From the sequence record NZ_LR134454.1: DNA of 64,000 bases. The stretch is one strand, 5' to 3'. Below are positions 40,606 to 50,527 of the stretch, piece by piece (position 1 is the first letter of the stretch; every line of letters starts with the position of its first letter). This stretch comes from a plasmid. The notes under the pieces were generated by a model. That model saw nothing but the letters and a program-made list of their open reading frames with translations, ran no database searches and had not been told where the DNA came from. The translations under genes and the position numbers were made by a program.

Positions 40606-41805
40606 GTGCGAGGTTTGGCGTGGGTCACGATCGGCTCGATGGCGGCGAACCTGTGCTCCTACCTGGTGCACCTGCCCGCGAGCCGCTGGCTCGGGCCCGC
40701 CGGGTACGGCGAGTTCGCCGCCCTCCTGCAGCTGTCGTTGATCCTCGCGGTGCCCGCGCTCGCGCTGCAGACCGTCGTCGCGCGGCAGGTCGTCCGCGGC
40801 GCCGGGGCCGCGCAGATGCGGGCGCTGGGCTACCGGATCGCCCTCGGCGCGGGTGTGCTGGCGCTGGTCGCGGTGCCGCTGGCCGCTGCGGGCCTGCACA
40901 CCCGGGCGATCACGGCCGCCGCCGCGCTGGCCGCCGCGCCCGCGCTCGTGCTGCTCGCCGTCGAGCAGGGGCTGCTGCAGGGCGAGCGGCGCTTCGGGCG
41001 GCTCGCGGCGCTCCTCGCACTGGCGGGGGTCGGCAAGCTCGCCTTCACCGTGCCGGGGCTGCTGCTGGGCCCCGGGCCGGCGCTCCTCGGCACGACGGTG
41101 GGCGCCCTGGTCGCGGCCGTCGTCGGCCGGGCGCTGGCCGGGGCCCCGTCGGGACACGCGGCCGGGCCGGACGCGGGGGTGCGCGCGGTGCTCGGCGCCA
41201 GCTCCGTGCAGCTGGTGCTCGTCGTCTTCGCCTCGCTCGACCTGCTGCTCTCCCGGCCCGTGCTCGGAGCGGCCGCGGCCGGCACCTACGCCCTCGGCGC
41301 GGTGGCCGCGAAGGTCGCGTTCTGGCTGCCGCAGGCCGTCGGCGTCGTCTTCTACCCGCAGCTCGCCACCCCCGGCCGTGCCCGCGGCGCCCTGCGCACC
41401 GTCGTCGGGCTGCTGACCGCGCTCGGCCTGGCCTGCATCGCCGGCGCGGCGGTGTGCGCCCCGCTCGCGACGCTGCTGGCCGGCGAGGACTACCGGCCCG
41501 TCCAGGGACTGCTGTGGCTGTTCGCCGCGCAGGGCGCGCTGCTCGCCCTGCTGCAGGGGCTGCTGCTCTACGCCATCGCCATCGAACGGACCCGGATGGC
41601 GCTGTTCGCCTGGGTGGTGGTCGCGGCCGAGGCGGCGATCCTGCTCACCCTGCCGCACACCCCCGCCGAAATGATCACCGCCGCGGCGCTGTGTGCGCTC
41701 GCGGCGGTGATGGTGATCGGTGCGGTCGTGACCGTCAGCGCTCGTCGCGCTTCCGGAAGTCGATCGCCTCGGTCTGCGACTCGTCCGGCCGCGGCTGAGC
41801 GCTGA
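40606..41805 (+). CDS. Polysaccharide-biosynthesis (PST/Wzx-like) flippase-family membrane protein
   Basis: 399 aa, about 12 TM segments, start MRGLAWVTIGSMAANLCSYLVHL typical of the oligosaccharide flippase family. Its 3' end overlaps the converging gene by about 70 bp. Confidence 0.5.
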   Translation: MRGLAWVTIGSMAANLCSYLVHLPASRWLGPAGYGEFAALLQLSLILAVPALALQTVVARQVVRGAGAAQMRALGYRIALGAGVLALVAVPLAAAGLHTRAITAAAALAAAPALVLLAVEQGLLQGERRFGRLAALLALAGVGKLAFTVPGLLLGPGPALLGTTVGALVAAVVGRALAGAPSGHAAGPDAGVRAVLGASSVQLVLVVFASLDLLLSRPVLGAAAAGTYALGAVAAKVAFWLPQAVGVVFYPQLATPGRARGALRTVVGLLTALGLACIAGAAVCAPLATLLAGEDYRPVQGLLWLFAAQGALLALLQGLLLYAIAIERTRMALFAWVVVAAEAAILLTLPHTPAEMITAAALCALAAVMVIGAVVTVSARRASGSRSPRSATRPAAAER

Positions 41806-43084
41806 ACGCTTCCGTCGCCGGATCGCCGCCCACGTCCGGGGTGGTGATCGGCTCGTCGTCGAGCGGGGCCGTGGGCGCGGCATCGCCGGAACCGGCGTTC
41901 GCCCGTCCGCGGCCGCCCGTGCCGGGCCCGCCCGCGGTGGCGGGGTTGCGGCCCAGGAACAGCGCGAAGACGCCGAGACCCAGCGCGATCAGGCCGAGGA
42001 CGCCGCCCGCGACCGGCGCCACGTACTTGGCGACGGCGATCTTGTTCTGCGCCGACTTCGCGACCTCCGCCTGCGAGCGGACCGTCGCATCGACCCAGCG
42101 CTGCTTGGCGTCGAAGACGTCGAGCTTGAAGTCGCGGACCGGCTTCGGCGTGTTCGGGGCGACCTGGCCCGGAAGGCGGAACTGCTGCGTGTAGTGCAGC
42201 GACTGGTCGACGATGACGCCCGAGGTCGGGTCGACCCACAGGTCCACGTCGGTCTTCGCCCAGCGGTTCAGCGTGATGTCGTCCTTGGGGTCGACGCCGC
42301 CGATGCCCCACCAGCCCGCGGGCATGGTGAGCACGGTGCCGAGCGTCGGGTCGTTGCTGTCGCGGATGGTGGAGAGGTCCACCCAGTTCTGCTGGCCCTG
42401 GAAGTGCAGCGTCTTGGTGCCGCTGACCTCCTTCTCCTCGACGAACTTCAGGCCCACGTTGCTGCGCGTGACGAGGTCGAAGAACTCGTACTTCCCGTCC
42501 TGCGTGGTGCCGGCGGGGAAGCGGTACTGCAGGCCCTTGCGGTCGGCGATCTTCACCGCGGGGGTGCTCTCGCCGGGCTGGTAGGTGGCCTCGGAGGTCT
42601 TGCCGGTCGGCTTACCGGTCTCGCGGTCCAGGGAGACGCGGTCGAGCCACGCCTGCACCAGGCCGTCGTCGCAGGGACGCTTGTCCTGCACGGCGCCGGT
42701 CAGCTCCGGGTGCCGCGGCTCGCCCTTGGTCTTGATCGACGGGACCACCATCGAGCTGCCGGACTGCACCGTCATCGTCGACTTGTCCGACGGGGTGGTG
42801 ACCAGCGTGCGGGTCTGCGTGGTCACCGAGACCTCGTTGACCACGGCCTTGCCCTTGTCGATCGAGCACATGTCCAGCGACTTCGCGGGGAACTCCGCGT
42901 CGGCCTGGGAATCCGCGACCTTCTCGGACTTCGCCACCGTCGTGGTGTCGATGTCCAGCGGGATCGTCGTCAGCTTGCCCGCGACGTACGCCGGTCCGGC
43001 GATCGCGGCGGTGATCAGCAGCGCGCCCAAGAAGATCAGGATCGGACCGATAACGCGCGCCAGCCGGCTACGGCCTACCGCCAT
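41735..43084 (-). CDS. Corynebacteriales membrane-anchored protein (Rv0227c-like; DUF3068-type architecture: N-terminal TM, large extracytoplasmic domain, C-terminal TM and a disordered tail)
   Basis: N-terminal TM VIGPILIFLGALLITAAIAG, C-terminal TM VLGLIALGLGVFALFLG, and a Gly/Pro/Asp-rich tail. Confidence 0.55.
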   Translation of the reverse strand: MAVGRSRLARVIGPILIFLGALLITAAIAGPAYVAGKLTTIPLDIDTTTVAKSEKVADSQADAEFPAKSLDMCSIDKGKAVVNEVSVTTQTRTLVTTPSDKSTMTVQSGSSMVVPSIKTKGEPRHPELTGAVQDKRPCDDGLVQAWLDRVSLDRETGKPTGKTSEATYQPGESTPAVKIADRKGLQYRFPAGTTQDGKYEFFDLVTRSNVGLKFVEEKEVSGTKTLHFQGQQNWVDLSTIRDSNDPTLGTVLTMPAGWWGIGGVDPKDDITLNRWAKTDVDLWVDPTSGVIVDQSLHYTQQFRLPGQVAPNTPKPVRDFKLDVFDAKQRWVDATVRSQAEVAKSAQNKIAVAKYVAPVAGGVLGLIALGLGVFALFLGRNPATAGGPGTGGRGRANAGSGDAAPTAPLDDEPITTPDVGGDPATEAFSAQPRPDESQTEAIDFRKRDER

Positions 43085-43248
43085 CGAAGTGTCTCCTCAC
43101 ATCTCTGTGGGGCGCGTGCGCGGTTCGCACACGCCGTCGGGGCACGCGGTCGCGCTCCCTTCCAAGTACCCGAGCCTACAGGTGGTGTCGGGGTGGCACG
43201 GGCCACGCGCGCGGGCGAAGACCGATTCGCGGGTAGATTCGGTGGACG

Positions 43249-44475
43249 ATGAGCGCCGCCGGTACCAGCGATTTCGCAGCTGCAAAGCCCGCGGGTGCGG
43301 CCGGATTCGTGCCCGCACTCGAGGGCATGCGCGCGTGCGCGGCCATCGCCGTGATGCTGACCCACACCGCCTTCCAGACCGGTCAGGTGGGCTATTCGGT
43401 GGTGGGACGGGTCTGGGGCCGCTTCGACATGGCGGTCGCCCTGTTCTTCGGATTGTCGGGTTTCCTGCTGTGGCGCGCGCACGCCCGCGCCGCGTGGACC
43501 TCGTCCGACGGTCCGTCGACGGGGCGGTACTACCGGTCCCGGATCGTGCGGATCATGCCCGCGTACCTCGTGGTCGCCCTCGTCGCGCTGGCCCTGCTGC
43601 CGCGGTCGACGGCCCCGTCGGGCTCCACCTGGCTCGCCAACCTCTCGCTGACCCAGGTCTTCGTGCCGTACTCGCTCACCGACGGTCTCACCCAGATGTG
43701 GTCGCTGTCGGTGGAGATGCTCTTCTACCTGCTGCTGCCGCTGGCCGCGCTGGCGTTGGTGCGGCTGCGCGGGGACGCGGCGCGGTGGCGGGTGCCGCTG
43801 CTGCTCGCCGCGGCGGCGGTGTCGCTGAGCTGGGCGTGGGTCGGCGCGGCGCTGCCCCTGCCGCCGGGGGTGAACCACCACAATTGGCTGCCCTCGTATG
43901 TCCCCTGGTTCGTCGCGGGCATCGTCCTCGCCGAGATCGTGAGCGCGCCGGTCTCCCGGTTCGGTCCGGTGCGGCGGCTGGCGCGGCGTCGCGTGTGTTG
44001 GCCGGCGGCGCTCGTGGTGTTCGCCGTGATCTGCACGCCGCTGGGCGGCCCCGTGACCCTCGACAGTCCCGAGTCCTGGCAGTTCGCCGTGCGCATGGGC
44101 CTCGGCGGGGTGCTCGGCTTCCTGCTGCTGGCGCCGCTCGTGTTGGCGCCCGCGGGGGAGTCGGCGCGGTGGTTGGGGTCCGGCTTCATGCTGGCGCTGG
44201 GGCGCTGGTCGTACGGCATCTTCATCTGGCACCTGGTGGTGCTCACCGCGATCTTCCCGCTGTTCGCGATCGTGCCGTTCAACGGCGCCTTCGGGAAGGT
44301 GACCCTGTTGACGCTGGTCTTCTCCGTGGCCGTCGCGGCGCTGAGTTACGCCTGGGTGGAGGAGCCGGCCCGCCGCCGGCTCGCGCGTCGCGAGGCCCGA
44401 CGGCCCGCCGCCGCGCCTCCCCGCGAGGCGCCGAACAGCCAACCGGGATTGGTGTTTTCTGTCACAAGACACTGA
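43249..44475 (+). CDS. Acyltransferase family 3 membrane protein (Rv0228-like)
   Basis: VPALEGMRACAAIAVMLTHTAF N-terminal AT3 motif with the catalytic His; 408 aa, polytopic. Confidence 0.8.
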   Translation: MSAAGTSDFAAAKPAGAAGFVPALEGMRACAAIAVMLTHTAFQTGQVGYSVVGRVWGRFDMAVALFFGLSGFLLWRAHARAAWTSSDGPSTGRYYRSRIVRIMPAYLVVALVALALLPRSTAPSGSTWLANLSLTQVFVPYSLTDGLTQMWSLSVEMLFYLLLPLAALALVRLRGDAARWRVPLLLAAAAVSLSWAWVGAALPLPPGVNHHNWLPSYVPWFVAGIVLAEIVSAPVSRFGPVRRLARRRVCWPAALVVFAVICTPLGGPVTLDSPESWQFAVRMGLGGVLGFLLLAPLVLAPAGESARWLGSGFMLALGRWSYGIFIWHLVVLTAIFPLFAIVPFNGAFGKVTLLTLVFSVAVAALSYAWVEEPARRRLARREARRPAAAPPREAPNSQPGLVFSVTRH

Positions 44476-44529
44476 TGATTTGCCTGCCTGATCGCTACCT
44501 TCGTGAACGTCGAATGAGGGGGCAATCGG

Positions 44530-45207
44530 ATGGTGCAAACGGTGGAGGCGGTCGAGCAGCGGATCGCCGATGTGGTGTTCGACCAGGTCGAGGCCGGTCG
44601 ACGCGGCTGGTCGGATGTGGAGCTCGTGTACATGGCATCCGTCACGGGTGGAGTCGGGTCGCTCGTGCTACGAGTCGACGGTGGAGCTGATCACGGGCAC
44701 ACCGTCGCCGAAGTCGCGCCACTGTTCGAACAGCTCAGGACCGCGATGGCGTCTCCCGGGAGACCCGTCTGGTTCTCAGCGAGGATGCTCATGGACGAGG
44801 ACGGCGAGTACGCGTTCACCTTCGCCGCTCCGCCAGTGTGGTCGAGGCCTTCGTCGGTGACCGCGGCCGCTGTCATTCTGTTGGTCTTGTCCGGTCTCGT
44901 CCTGCTCGGCTTCCTCGCGTCGAACTCGAACCCGAATCGACCTCCGGCCACCTCGTCGGCCGAAGTGGCCGCGGCGCTCACGGTCGCGGCGATCGTGTGG
45001 AGCGCGGTGATCCTCGGTGTCGTCGCCGGAATCCGCTTGCTGCGCGGTCGCGGCGGCCGGGTGGTGGCGACCGTCGCGGCGTGCATCTTCGGCCTCACCT
45101 GCGTGGGGTTGGTCGCAACGATCGCCGTTCCTCTCCTGCTGTGGCGGAACGACGAATCCCGCGGCTGGTTCGACCGGGCCCCGCGCTATCTCCCACCATC
45201 CCGGTAA
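44530..45207 (+). CDS. Hypothetical protein, N-terminal soluble domain plus two C-terminal TM helices
   Basis: ORF with reasonable codon usage. No recognised domain. Confidence 0.35.
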   Translation: MVQTVEAVEQRIADVVFDQVEAGRRGWSDVELVYMASVTGGVGSLVLRVDGGADHGHTVAEVAPLFEQLRTAMASPGRPVWFSARMLMDEDGEYAFTFAAPPVWSRPSSVTAAAVILLVLSGLVLLGFLASNSNPNRPPATSSAEVAAALTVAAIVWSAVILGVVAGIRLLRGRGGRVVATVAACIFGLTCVGLVATIAVPLLLWRNDESRGWFDRAPRYLPPSR

Positions 45208-45282
45208 CCGCCGCTCGAGCAGGCGCGGGGGCGTCGTCGGGGCGGATCACAGCAGCAGGATCCGGTGCCGGGCTGATCCGGT

Positions 45283-45365
45283 GGGTATGCGCCCCACGCA
45301 TCGCCCGATCGGCAAAACACGGCTCTGAACTGGGATTTCAGGGGGTATGCGTGGCGCGCATAGCT
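45283..45365 (+). repeat. Copy A of an ~85-bp intergenic repeat element carrying two palindromes GGGTATGCG-N5-CGCAT(A/C)(C/G)C(C) exactly 60 bp apart
   Basis: GGGTATGCGccccaCGCATCGCC at 45283-45305 and GGGTATGCGtggcgCGCATAGC at 45343-45364. Located between the convergent 3' ends of the hypothetical gene and aftD. Confidence 0.5.
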
Positions 45366-45396
45366 ATTCAGTGCGACCACACTCCTCCTTCGCGGC

Positions 45397-48300
45397 TCAG
45401 TCCGTGGCCTCGCCGGTCCCATCGTCACCATCGGCCGTCGGCGCGCCACCGCCGCGGCGGTGCAGGAGCCGCACGGGCGGCACCGTCGACCAGGCCATCA
45501 GCAACACGCCGACCAGCGCCAGGCCCTGCGGCCACGGGCCGTGGCCCACGTAGCCGGCCTCGGCGTGCCACGGGCCCGTCGCCAGCAGCAGCATCCCGGC
45601 CAGCACGAAGCCGGACGAGCCGAACACGCGCAACGCCGCCCGACGGTCCGCCGACACGTGCAGTCCGGAGACCACCCAGGTCGCGAGTCCGGAGGCCGCC
45701 CACAGCGCGAGCCCCGGCCACCCGCTGAGCACGAACGCGACCGCGCCGATCCCGAGGCCCGCTGCGATACCCGGCTGCCAGGCCCGCACCGGTCCTCCGG
45801 AACCCCGCGGCCGCGATCCCGGGACCAGTGCCAGCGCGGCGAGGATCGCCAGCAGCGCGAGGCCGCCGAACAGCCCGATCCGGTAGGGCGCGTTGAGGGC
45901 GTACCGCAGGGTGACGGCGCCGTCGGTGCCCTGCGGCACCACCCAGCCCTGCTGCCACCCGTTGACGGTCACGGCCTTCAGCGGCGCGCCGTCCGGGCCC
46001 GTCGCCGCCCAGCCGGAGTTGCGGCTCTCGGGCACCACGAGCACCTGGTCGGCGTCGGCGCGGCTCACCGTCACGACGCGGCGATCCGGGGTCCAGCTCT
46101 GCACCTTCACGCTCTCGTCCCGCGGCGACGCCTCGGCGGCCGCGGGCGTGTCCAGCGCCAGCGAGTCCACGCTGAACGCGAGCCCCGGCGTCGCGACCAC
46201 CTGCGCCTTCCCGGCCGGCAGCGGCACCGGCGCGGGATCGCACGCCACCGCGCGGACGGGCGCGCCGTCGCGCATCTCCCGCGCTCCCGCCTCGATCCGG
46301 AAGCGCAGCACGCGGTCGCCGATCCGCACCGTCGGACCGGTCTCACACGGCACCACGACCGGACGGTCCGCGGGCGCGGGCTCCGAGCCGGGGACGGGCG
46401 CACCGTCGGGGCCGACGGCCCGCACTTCTGCCAGCCCGGGCGCCATCTTCTCCGGGAAGCCGAAGTCGTTGATGTTGATCCGCTCGTCCCAGTCGAGCAG
46501 CGAGATCGAGATCGAGTCGGTCACGGCCGGGTCGACCTTCACGGTGACGGAATCGCCCGCGGGCAGCTCGCGCACCTGCCTGCCGGTCCCCAGGTCGACG
46601 CCGATCCGCGTGGGCCGCGCGGGCGCCTCGCCGCGCGGCAGCCGCAGCGTCAGGCCGCCCACGACCTGCGGCGACGGCAGCCGCAGCCGCAGCACCGGCT
46701 TCGGCGACGTCGGCTCCGTGACCGACTGCGGCGCCGACCAGACCGTGTTGGGGTCCCCGTCGACGGCCGCGGCCGAGCTCGCCCGGCCGTCGCCCACCGC
46801 CGACTCCGCGAACGCCGACGGCGCGCCCGGCGCCCCGAGCAGCGCCGACAGCGCCTGCCCCGGGCGCGCGCGGACCGTCAGCGACGGTGTCACCGCAGGG
46901 GCACCGGGCCCGTCGACGGTCCGCCGCAGCGGCCCGGGCTCCTCCGGCCCGATCGCGATGTCGGCGCACTGCACCGGCCCGGGCGCGCCGTTCTCGCCGG
47001 GCGTGACGACGCAGCCGGACCGGCCCATCGTGTCCTGCCCGAACACCCAGCGCTGCGCGGGACCGGACGCGGGCAGCGCCACGTCGTGCCGCGCCGGAAT
47101 CGTCGCGCCGGACCGCGTGTCCGCGAGCTCGGCCTCCGTGATCGCGAACTGGTTGCCCCACGTGCGGTCGGCGGTCTCGGCGGCGGTGATCCGCACCCAC
47201 CGCGTCGGCTCCGACGGCGCGACCAGCGTGATCGGCGTCCCCGCCGTGACGGGATCGGAGTACACCGTGCCCGCCTCCGTCGTGATGAGGAGGCGCGTCA
47301 CCGCGGGACCCAGCGCCCGCCCGACGGTCACCGTCACCGACAGGTCCGCGCGGGGCTCGGGCAGCGTGAACTGCATCCACTGGTTGATGGCGTGGTCGAG
47401 GCCGGAGGACACCCACGCGGTGTTCTTGTCGCCGTCCACCGCGGCGGCCGTGCCCGCGCCGGGGAGCACGGTGCCGAGCTGCGTGGCGTCGGCGGCGGAG
47501 CTGGAGGCGGACACCGTCGCGCCCTGCCACGTCCCGTCGACCAGCCCCGCCGCCGGGTAGTCGGGCAGCCGGTTCAGCGTTCGACGGGGATCGGAGGCTG
47601 TGCGGATCGCGGAGCTGTGGTCGTCGACGCGGCCGTAGTCGGTCTCGCGGCGCTTGGGGGTATCGGTGACGGTCAGCGGGCCGTCGGGCAGCCCCGCGTC
47701 CTTCGCGTCGGAGGCGAGCAGCGCCGCGCCCAGCTCACGCCGGCCCGACGCGGCGGCGTCGGCCTGCAGCCCCAGCAGCGCCTCCGGCCCGCCCGCGACG
47801 CGCGGCATCGACGCCAGGTCGGCGACGTACGGCCCGGTGGGGGCGGCACCGTCGACCCGGTAGATCGTGATGGCGGGGAGCGGCGGCCGCAGCCCCGAGT
47901 CGACGACCACCTTCTCGACGGTCGGCGGGGCGATGTCCGCGCCGAACCGGGCGACCTCGCTGATCCCGGGCGAGCCGATGATCGCGGCGCGGGCCAGCGC
48001 AGGCCGCGCCGAGCGCGACGTTCCGGGATCGAGATCAGCGCGCAGCACGAGGTAGGAGATGCCCTGGCGGCGCAGCGTCGCGGCCAGGCCCGCCGACGGG
48101 GTACCGGCGCTGAACAGCCGCTGCACCGAGTCGAGGGCGCGGATCGCGCCGGGCGGGTTGAGCGGGATCGCGTCGCGCACCGCCCACGGCGTCTCGGCCA
48201 GGGGCTGGATCGGCTCGTCGCGCGTGAGGCCCCACAGCTGCGCACCGAACGGCGCGCCGGGCACGACGAGCGCGCGCTCGGCCCGGGCCTGGCCGGGGGC

Positions 48301-49686
48301 GGTCCCGGCGGCGTGCGCCGACAGCCAGTCCGCGGCCTGCGACCAGTAGTCGGGGATCTTGTCGTACGGCCCGCGGGGCGCGAGCTTGCCCGTCCACGCC
48401 ATGCCGCCCGCGAGCGCGAGCACCACGACCACGGCCAGGGCACCCGCCGCGAGCCGGTCCTGCTCGGGGTGCGCCAGGGCCCGCCGGACCTTCGCGAGGC
48501 CGACGGTGCCGGGCAGCGGCGCCCGGGCCAGCAGGTGTGCCATGCCCAGGACCAGCGGCAACCGCAGGAAGGGCTCGAGCTTGTAGACGTTGCGCAGGGG
48601 CGCGCCGACGCTGTCGAGGAAGACCCGCACCGGCTCGGCGAACGGCGAACCGAGGCCGCTGGCGTAGCCCGCGCCGATCCCCGCCAGGCCGACGAGCAGC
48701 ACCGTCGCCCAGACCCCGCGCTTGGGCATGCGGCGCATGGTGAGCCCGGCGATGCCGGCGCACGCGACCAGGCCGGTGACGACGACGGCGGCGGGGGAGG
48801 TGGTGAGCATGGCGCCGGCGCCGCGCTCGTCGGAGATGAACGGGCTCCACGACGTGGTGCCGCGCAGCACCTCCGGCACCGACGCCCACTGCGTGGTCGC
48901 GCGGGAGGACTCGATGAACTCGAGGAACGGCGGGCTGACGCGGCCCATGATGAGCAGCGGCACGATCCACCACGTGGTCGCCAGCGCGACGCACACCGCC
49001 CACCAGGCGCTGAACGTCCAGAAGCGGCGGGTCCCGGCGCCGAAGCGCACGTGCAGCAGCCACCACAGCGCGGCGACCGCGCACGCGAAGCCCGTGGCCA
49101 CGGCGTTGACCGCGCCCATGAGCGCGACCGCGACCGCCGAGCGGGCGGCCAGGTTCCGCAGCGGCACGTCCGCGCCCTGCAGGAGCTGCACCAGCGGCAG
49201 CAGCACCCACGGCGCGAGCATCACCGGCGCGGTCTCGGAGCTGATCGCGCCCAGCGTCGTGAGCACCTGCGGGGCCAGCACGAACGCCGCGGCCGCGACG
49301 ACCCGGCTGCCGCGCGAGCCGGTGCGCAGTGCCTCGGCGAGCCGGATGATCCCCCAGAAGCCGGCGAACAGGAGCAGCGCCCACCACAGGCGCTGCGTGA
49401 CCCACGGCGGGACGTGCAGGAACTGGCCCAGCGCGAAGAACGCGCCGTGCGGGAAGAAGTAGCCGTAGGCCTGGTTCTGCACCTGGCCGAGCGGGGACTG
49501 GCTGGACCAGACGTTGGCCGCGCGGGCGAGGAAGCCGATGGGGTTCGCCGTGAGATCGAGCTTGGTGTCGGCGACGACCTTCCCGGGCGCGCTGAGGAAG
49601 CTCAGCGCGAGCAGGGCGACGAACGCCCACGCGCCTGCGCGGCGGGTCAGGGGTTCGTCGGAGAAGTGGGGGCTACTTGTTGGCAC
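45397..49686 (-). CDS. aftD: Arabinofuranosyltransferase AftD (1429 aa)
   Basis: N-terminal LDLTANPIGFLARAANVWSSQSPLGQVQNQAYGYFFPHG signature of AftD. Size and polytopic N-terminal GT-C domain plus a large periplasmic domain. Small secreted protein gene upstream as in Rv0236c/Rv0236A. Confidence 0.9.
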   Translation of the reverse strand: MPTSSPHFSDEPLTRRAGAWAFVALLALSFLSAPGKVVADTKLDLTANPIGFLARAANVWSSQSPLGQVQNQAYGYFFPHGAFFALGQFLHVPPWVTQRLWWALLLFAGFWGIIRLAEALRTGSRGSRVVAAAAFVLAPQVLTTLGAISSETAPVMLAPWVLLPLVQLLQGADVPLRNLAARSAVAVALMGAVNAVATGFACAVAALWWLLHVRFGAGTRRFWTFSAWWAVCVALATTWWIVPLLIMGRVSPPFLEFIESSRATTQWASVPEVLRGTTSWSPFISDERGAGAMLTTSPAAVVVTGLVACAGIAGLTMRRMPKRGVWATVLLVGLAGIGAGYASGLGSPFAEPVRVFLDSVGAPLRNVYKLEPFLRLPLVLGMAHLLARAPLPGTVGLAKVRRALAHPEQDRLAAGALAVVVVLALAGGMAWTGKLAPRGPYDKIPDYWSQAADWLSAHAAGTAPGQARAERALVVPGAPFGAQLWGLTRDEPIQPLAETPWAVRDAIPLNPPGAIRALDSVQRLFSAGTPSAGLAATLRRQGISYLVLRADLDPGTSRSARPALARAAIIGSPGISEVARFGADIAPPTVEKVVVDSGLRPPLPAITIYRVDGAAPTGPYVADLASMPRVAGGPEALLGLQADAAASGRRELGAALLASDAKDAGLPDGPLTVTDTPKRRETDYGRVDDHSSAIRTASDPRRTLNRLPDYPAAGLVDGTWQGATVSASSSAADATQLGTVLPGAGTAAAVDGDKNTAWVSSGLDHAINQWMQFTLPEPRADLSVTVTVGRALGPAVTRLLITTEAGTVYSDPVTAGTPITLVAPSEPTRWVRITAAETADRTWGNQFAITEAELADTRSGATIPARHDVALPASGPAQRWVFGQDTMGRSGCVVTPGENGAPGPVQCADIAIGPEEPGPLRRTVDGPGAPAVTPSLTVRARPGQALSALLGAPGAPSAFAESAVGDGRASSAAAVDGDPNTVWSAPQSVTEPTSPKPVLRLRLPSPQVVGGLTLRLPRGEAPARPTRIGVDLGTGRQVRELPAGDSVTVKVDPAVTDSISISLLDWDERININDFGFPEKMAPGLAEVRAVGPDGAPVPGSEPAPADRPVVVPCETGPTVRIGDRVLRFRIEAGAREMRDGAPVRAVACDPAPVPLPAGKAQVVATPGLAFSVDSLALDTPAAAEASPRDESVKVQSWTPDRRVVTVSRADADQVLVVPESRNSGWAATGPDGAPLKAVTVNGWQQGWVVPQGTDGAVTLRYALNAPYRIGLFGGLALLAILAALALVPGSRPRGSGGPVRAWQPGIAAGLGIGAVAFVLSGWPGLALWAASGLATWVVSGLHVSADRRAALRVFGSSGFVLAGMLLLATGPWHAEAGYVGHGPWPQGLALVGVLLMAWSTVPPVRLLHRRGGGAPTADGDDGTGEATD

Positions 49687-49873
49687 CCGAGTCGTCGCGC
49701 TCGCCGTAGTTCGACGAGCCCTGCAGGAAGCCCTTGTCCTTCGACACGGTGTTGACGTCGGTGGTCGGCGACGTCTGCGCGACGGCCGCGCCGCTCACCA
49801 GTGCGAGGGCCACGGCGACGACGATGCCGGCGAGCGCGGCGGTGGCGCTGGCGATGATCGAGGTGCGGTCCAT
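49673..49873 (-). CDS. Small secreted/membrane-anchored protein (Rv0236A-like, 66 aa)
   Basis: MDRTSIIASATAALAGIVVAVALALVSGAAVAQTS signal/TM. Located immediately upstream of aftD. Confidence 0.5.
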   Translation of the reverse strand: MDRTSIIASATAALAGIVVAVALALVSGAAVAQTSPTTDVNTVSKDKGFLQGSSNYGERDDSGANK

Positions 49874-49883
49874 GCGGGAAAGT

Positions 49884-50384
49884 CTACAGGTCCAGCTCGG
49901 CGCAGCCCGACGGCACGATCATCACCGGCCGCTTGCATCCGCGCAGCACGTGCTCGGAAACGGACGAATGCCACAGCGACCGGATGCCCGAGACGCCGCG
50001 GCTCCCGGACACGATGACGTCCACGTCGAACGTGTCGGACGCGGCGATGAGCGCGGTCCACACGGTGGTGGACACCTCGATGAGCTCGCCGTGCGCGGTG
50101 AAGCCGGCGGCGGCCGCCAGGTCGACGCCCTGCTGGTTCGTCTTCTTGGCCTCGGCGTGCACGACGTCGCTCTCGCGGGTGAGTGCGGTCTCGGCGGCAC
50201 CGGCCCCCGCGACGCCGGACATGGCGGACAGGCGGGCGGCCTGATGGATCGTGGACTCCCACGCGGTGACGACGATCGCCTCGGCGTCGCGGCCCTGCGC
50301 GAGGACCTTGCTGGCGTACTTGACGGCGCGCTGGGAGGACTCGGAGCCGTCGTACGCGATCAGAACCTTGACGGGGACACTCAT
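49884..50384 (-). CDS. Universal stress protein (UspA family)
   Basis: VLIAYDGSESSQRAV...IVSGSRGVSGIRSLWHSSVSEHVL (USP ATP-binding motif G-x2-G-x9-G(S/T)). Start at internal ATG 50384. Confidence 0.75.
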   Translation of the reverse strand: MSVPVKVLIAYDGSESSQRAVKYASKVLAQGRDAEAIVVTAWESTIHQAARLSAMSGVAGAGAAETALTRESDVVHAEAKKTNQQGVDLAAAAGFTAHGELIEVSTTVWTALIAASDTFDVDVIVSGSRGVSGIRSLWHSSVSEHVLRGCKRPVMIVPSGCAELDL

Positions 50385-50527
50385 GCGGATCACCTCGATC
50401 TTCACGGTTACCTGATGCCTCCAGGCTACGCCGAAACGCCTCGGTTGCAAGATGCAAGTCCGGGCGAGTCCGGCGCGCCGCGAACGCGCCCCCGGGCTGG
50501 TTTTCCCGCGCCTGCCAGACTGCGCGC

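Noticed and set aside
45460-49755. Plus-strand 1431-aa ORF antisense to aftD.
   Set aside because: Spurious high-GC antisense frame. The minus-strand frame has the AftD N-terminal signature and membrane topology.
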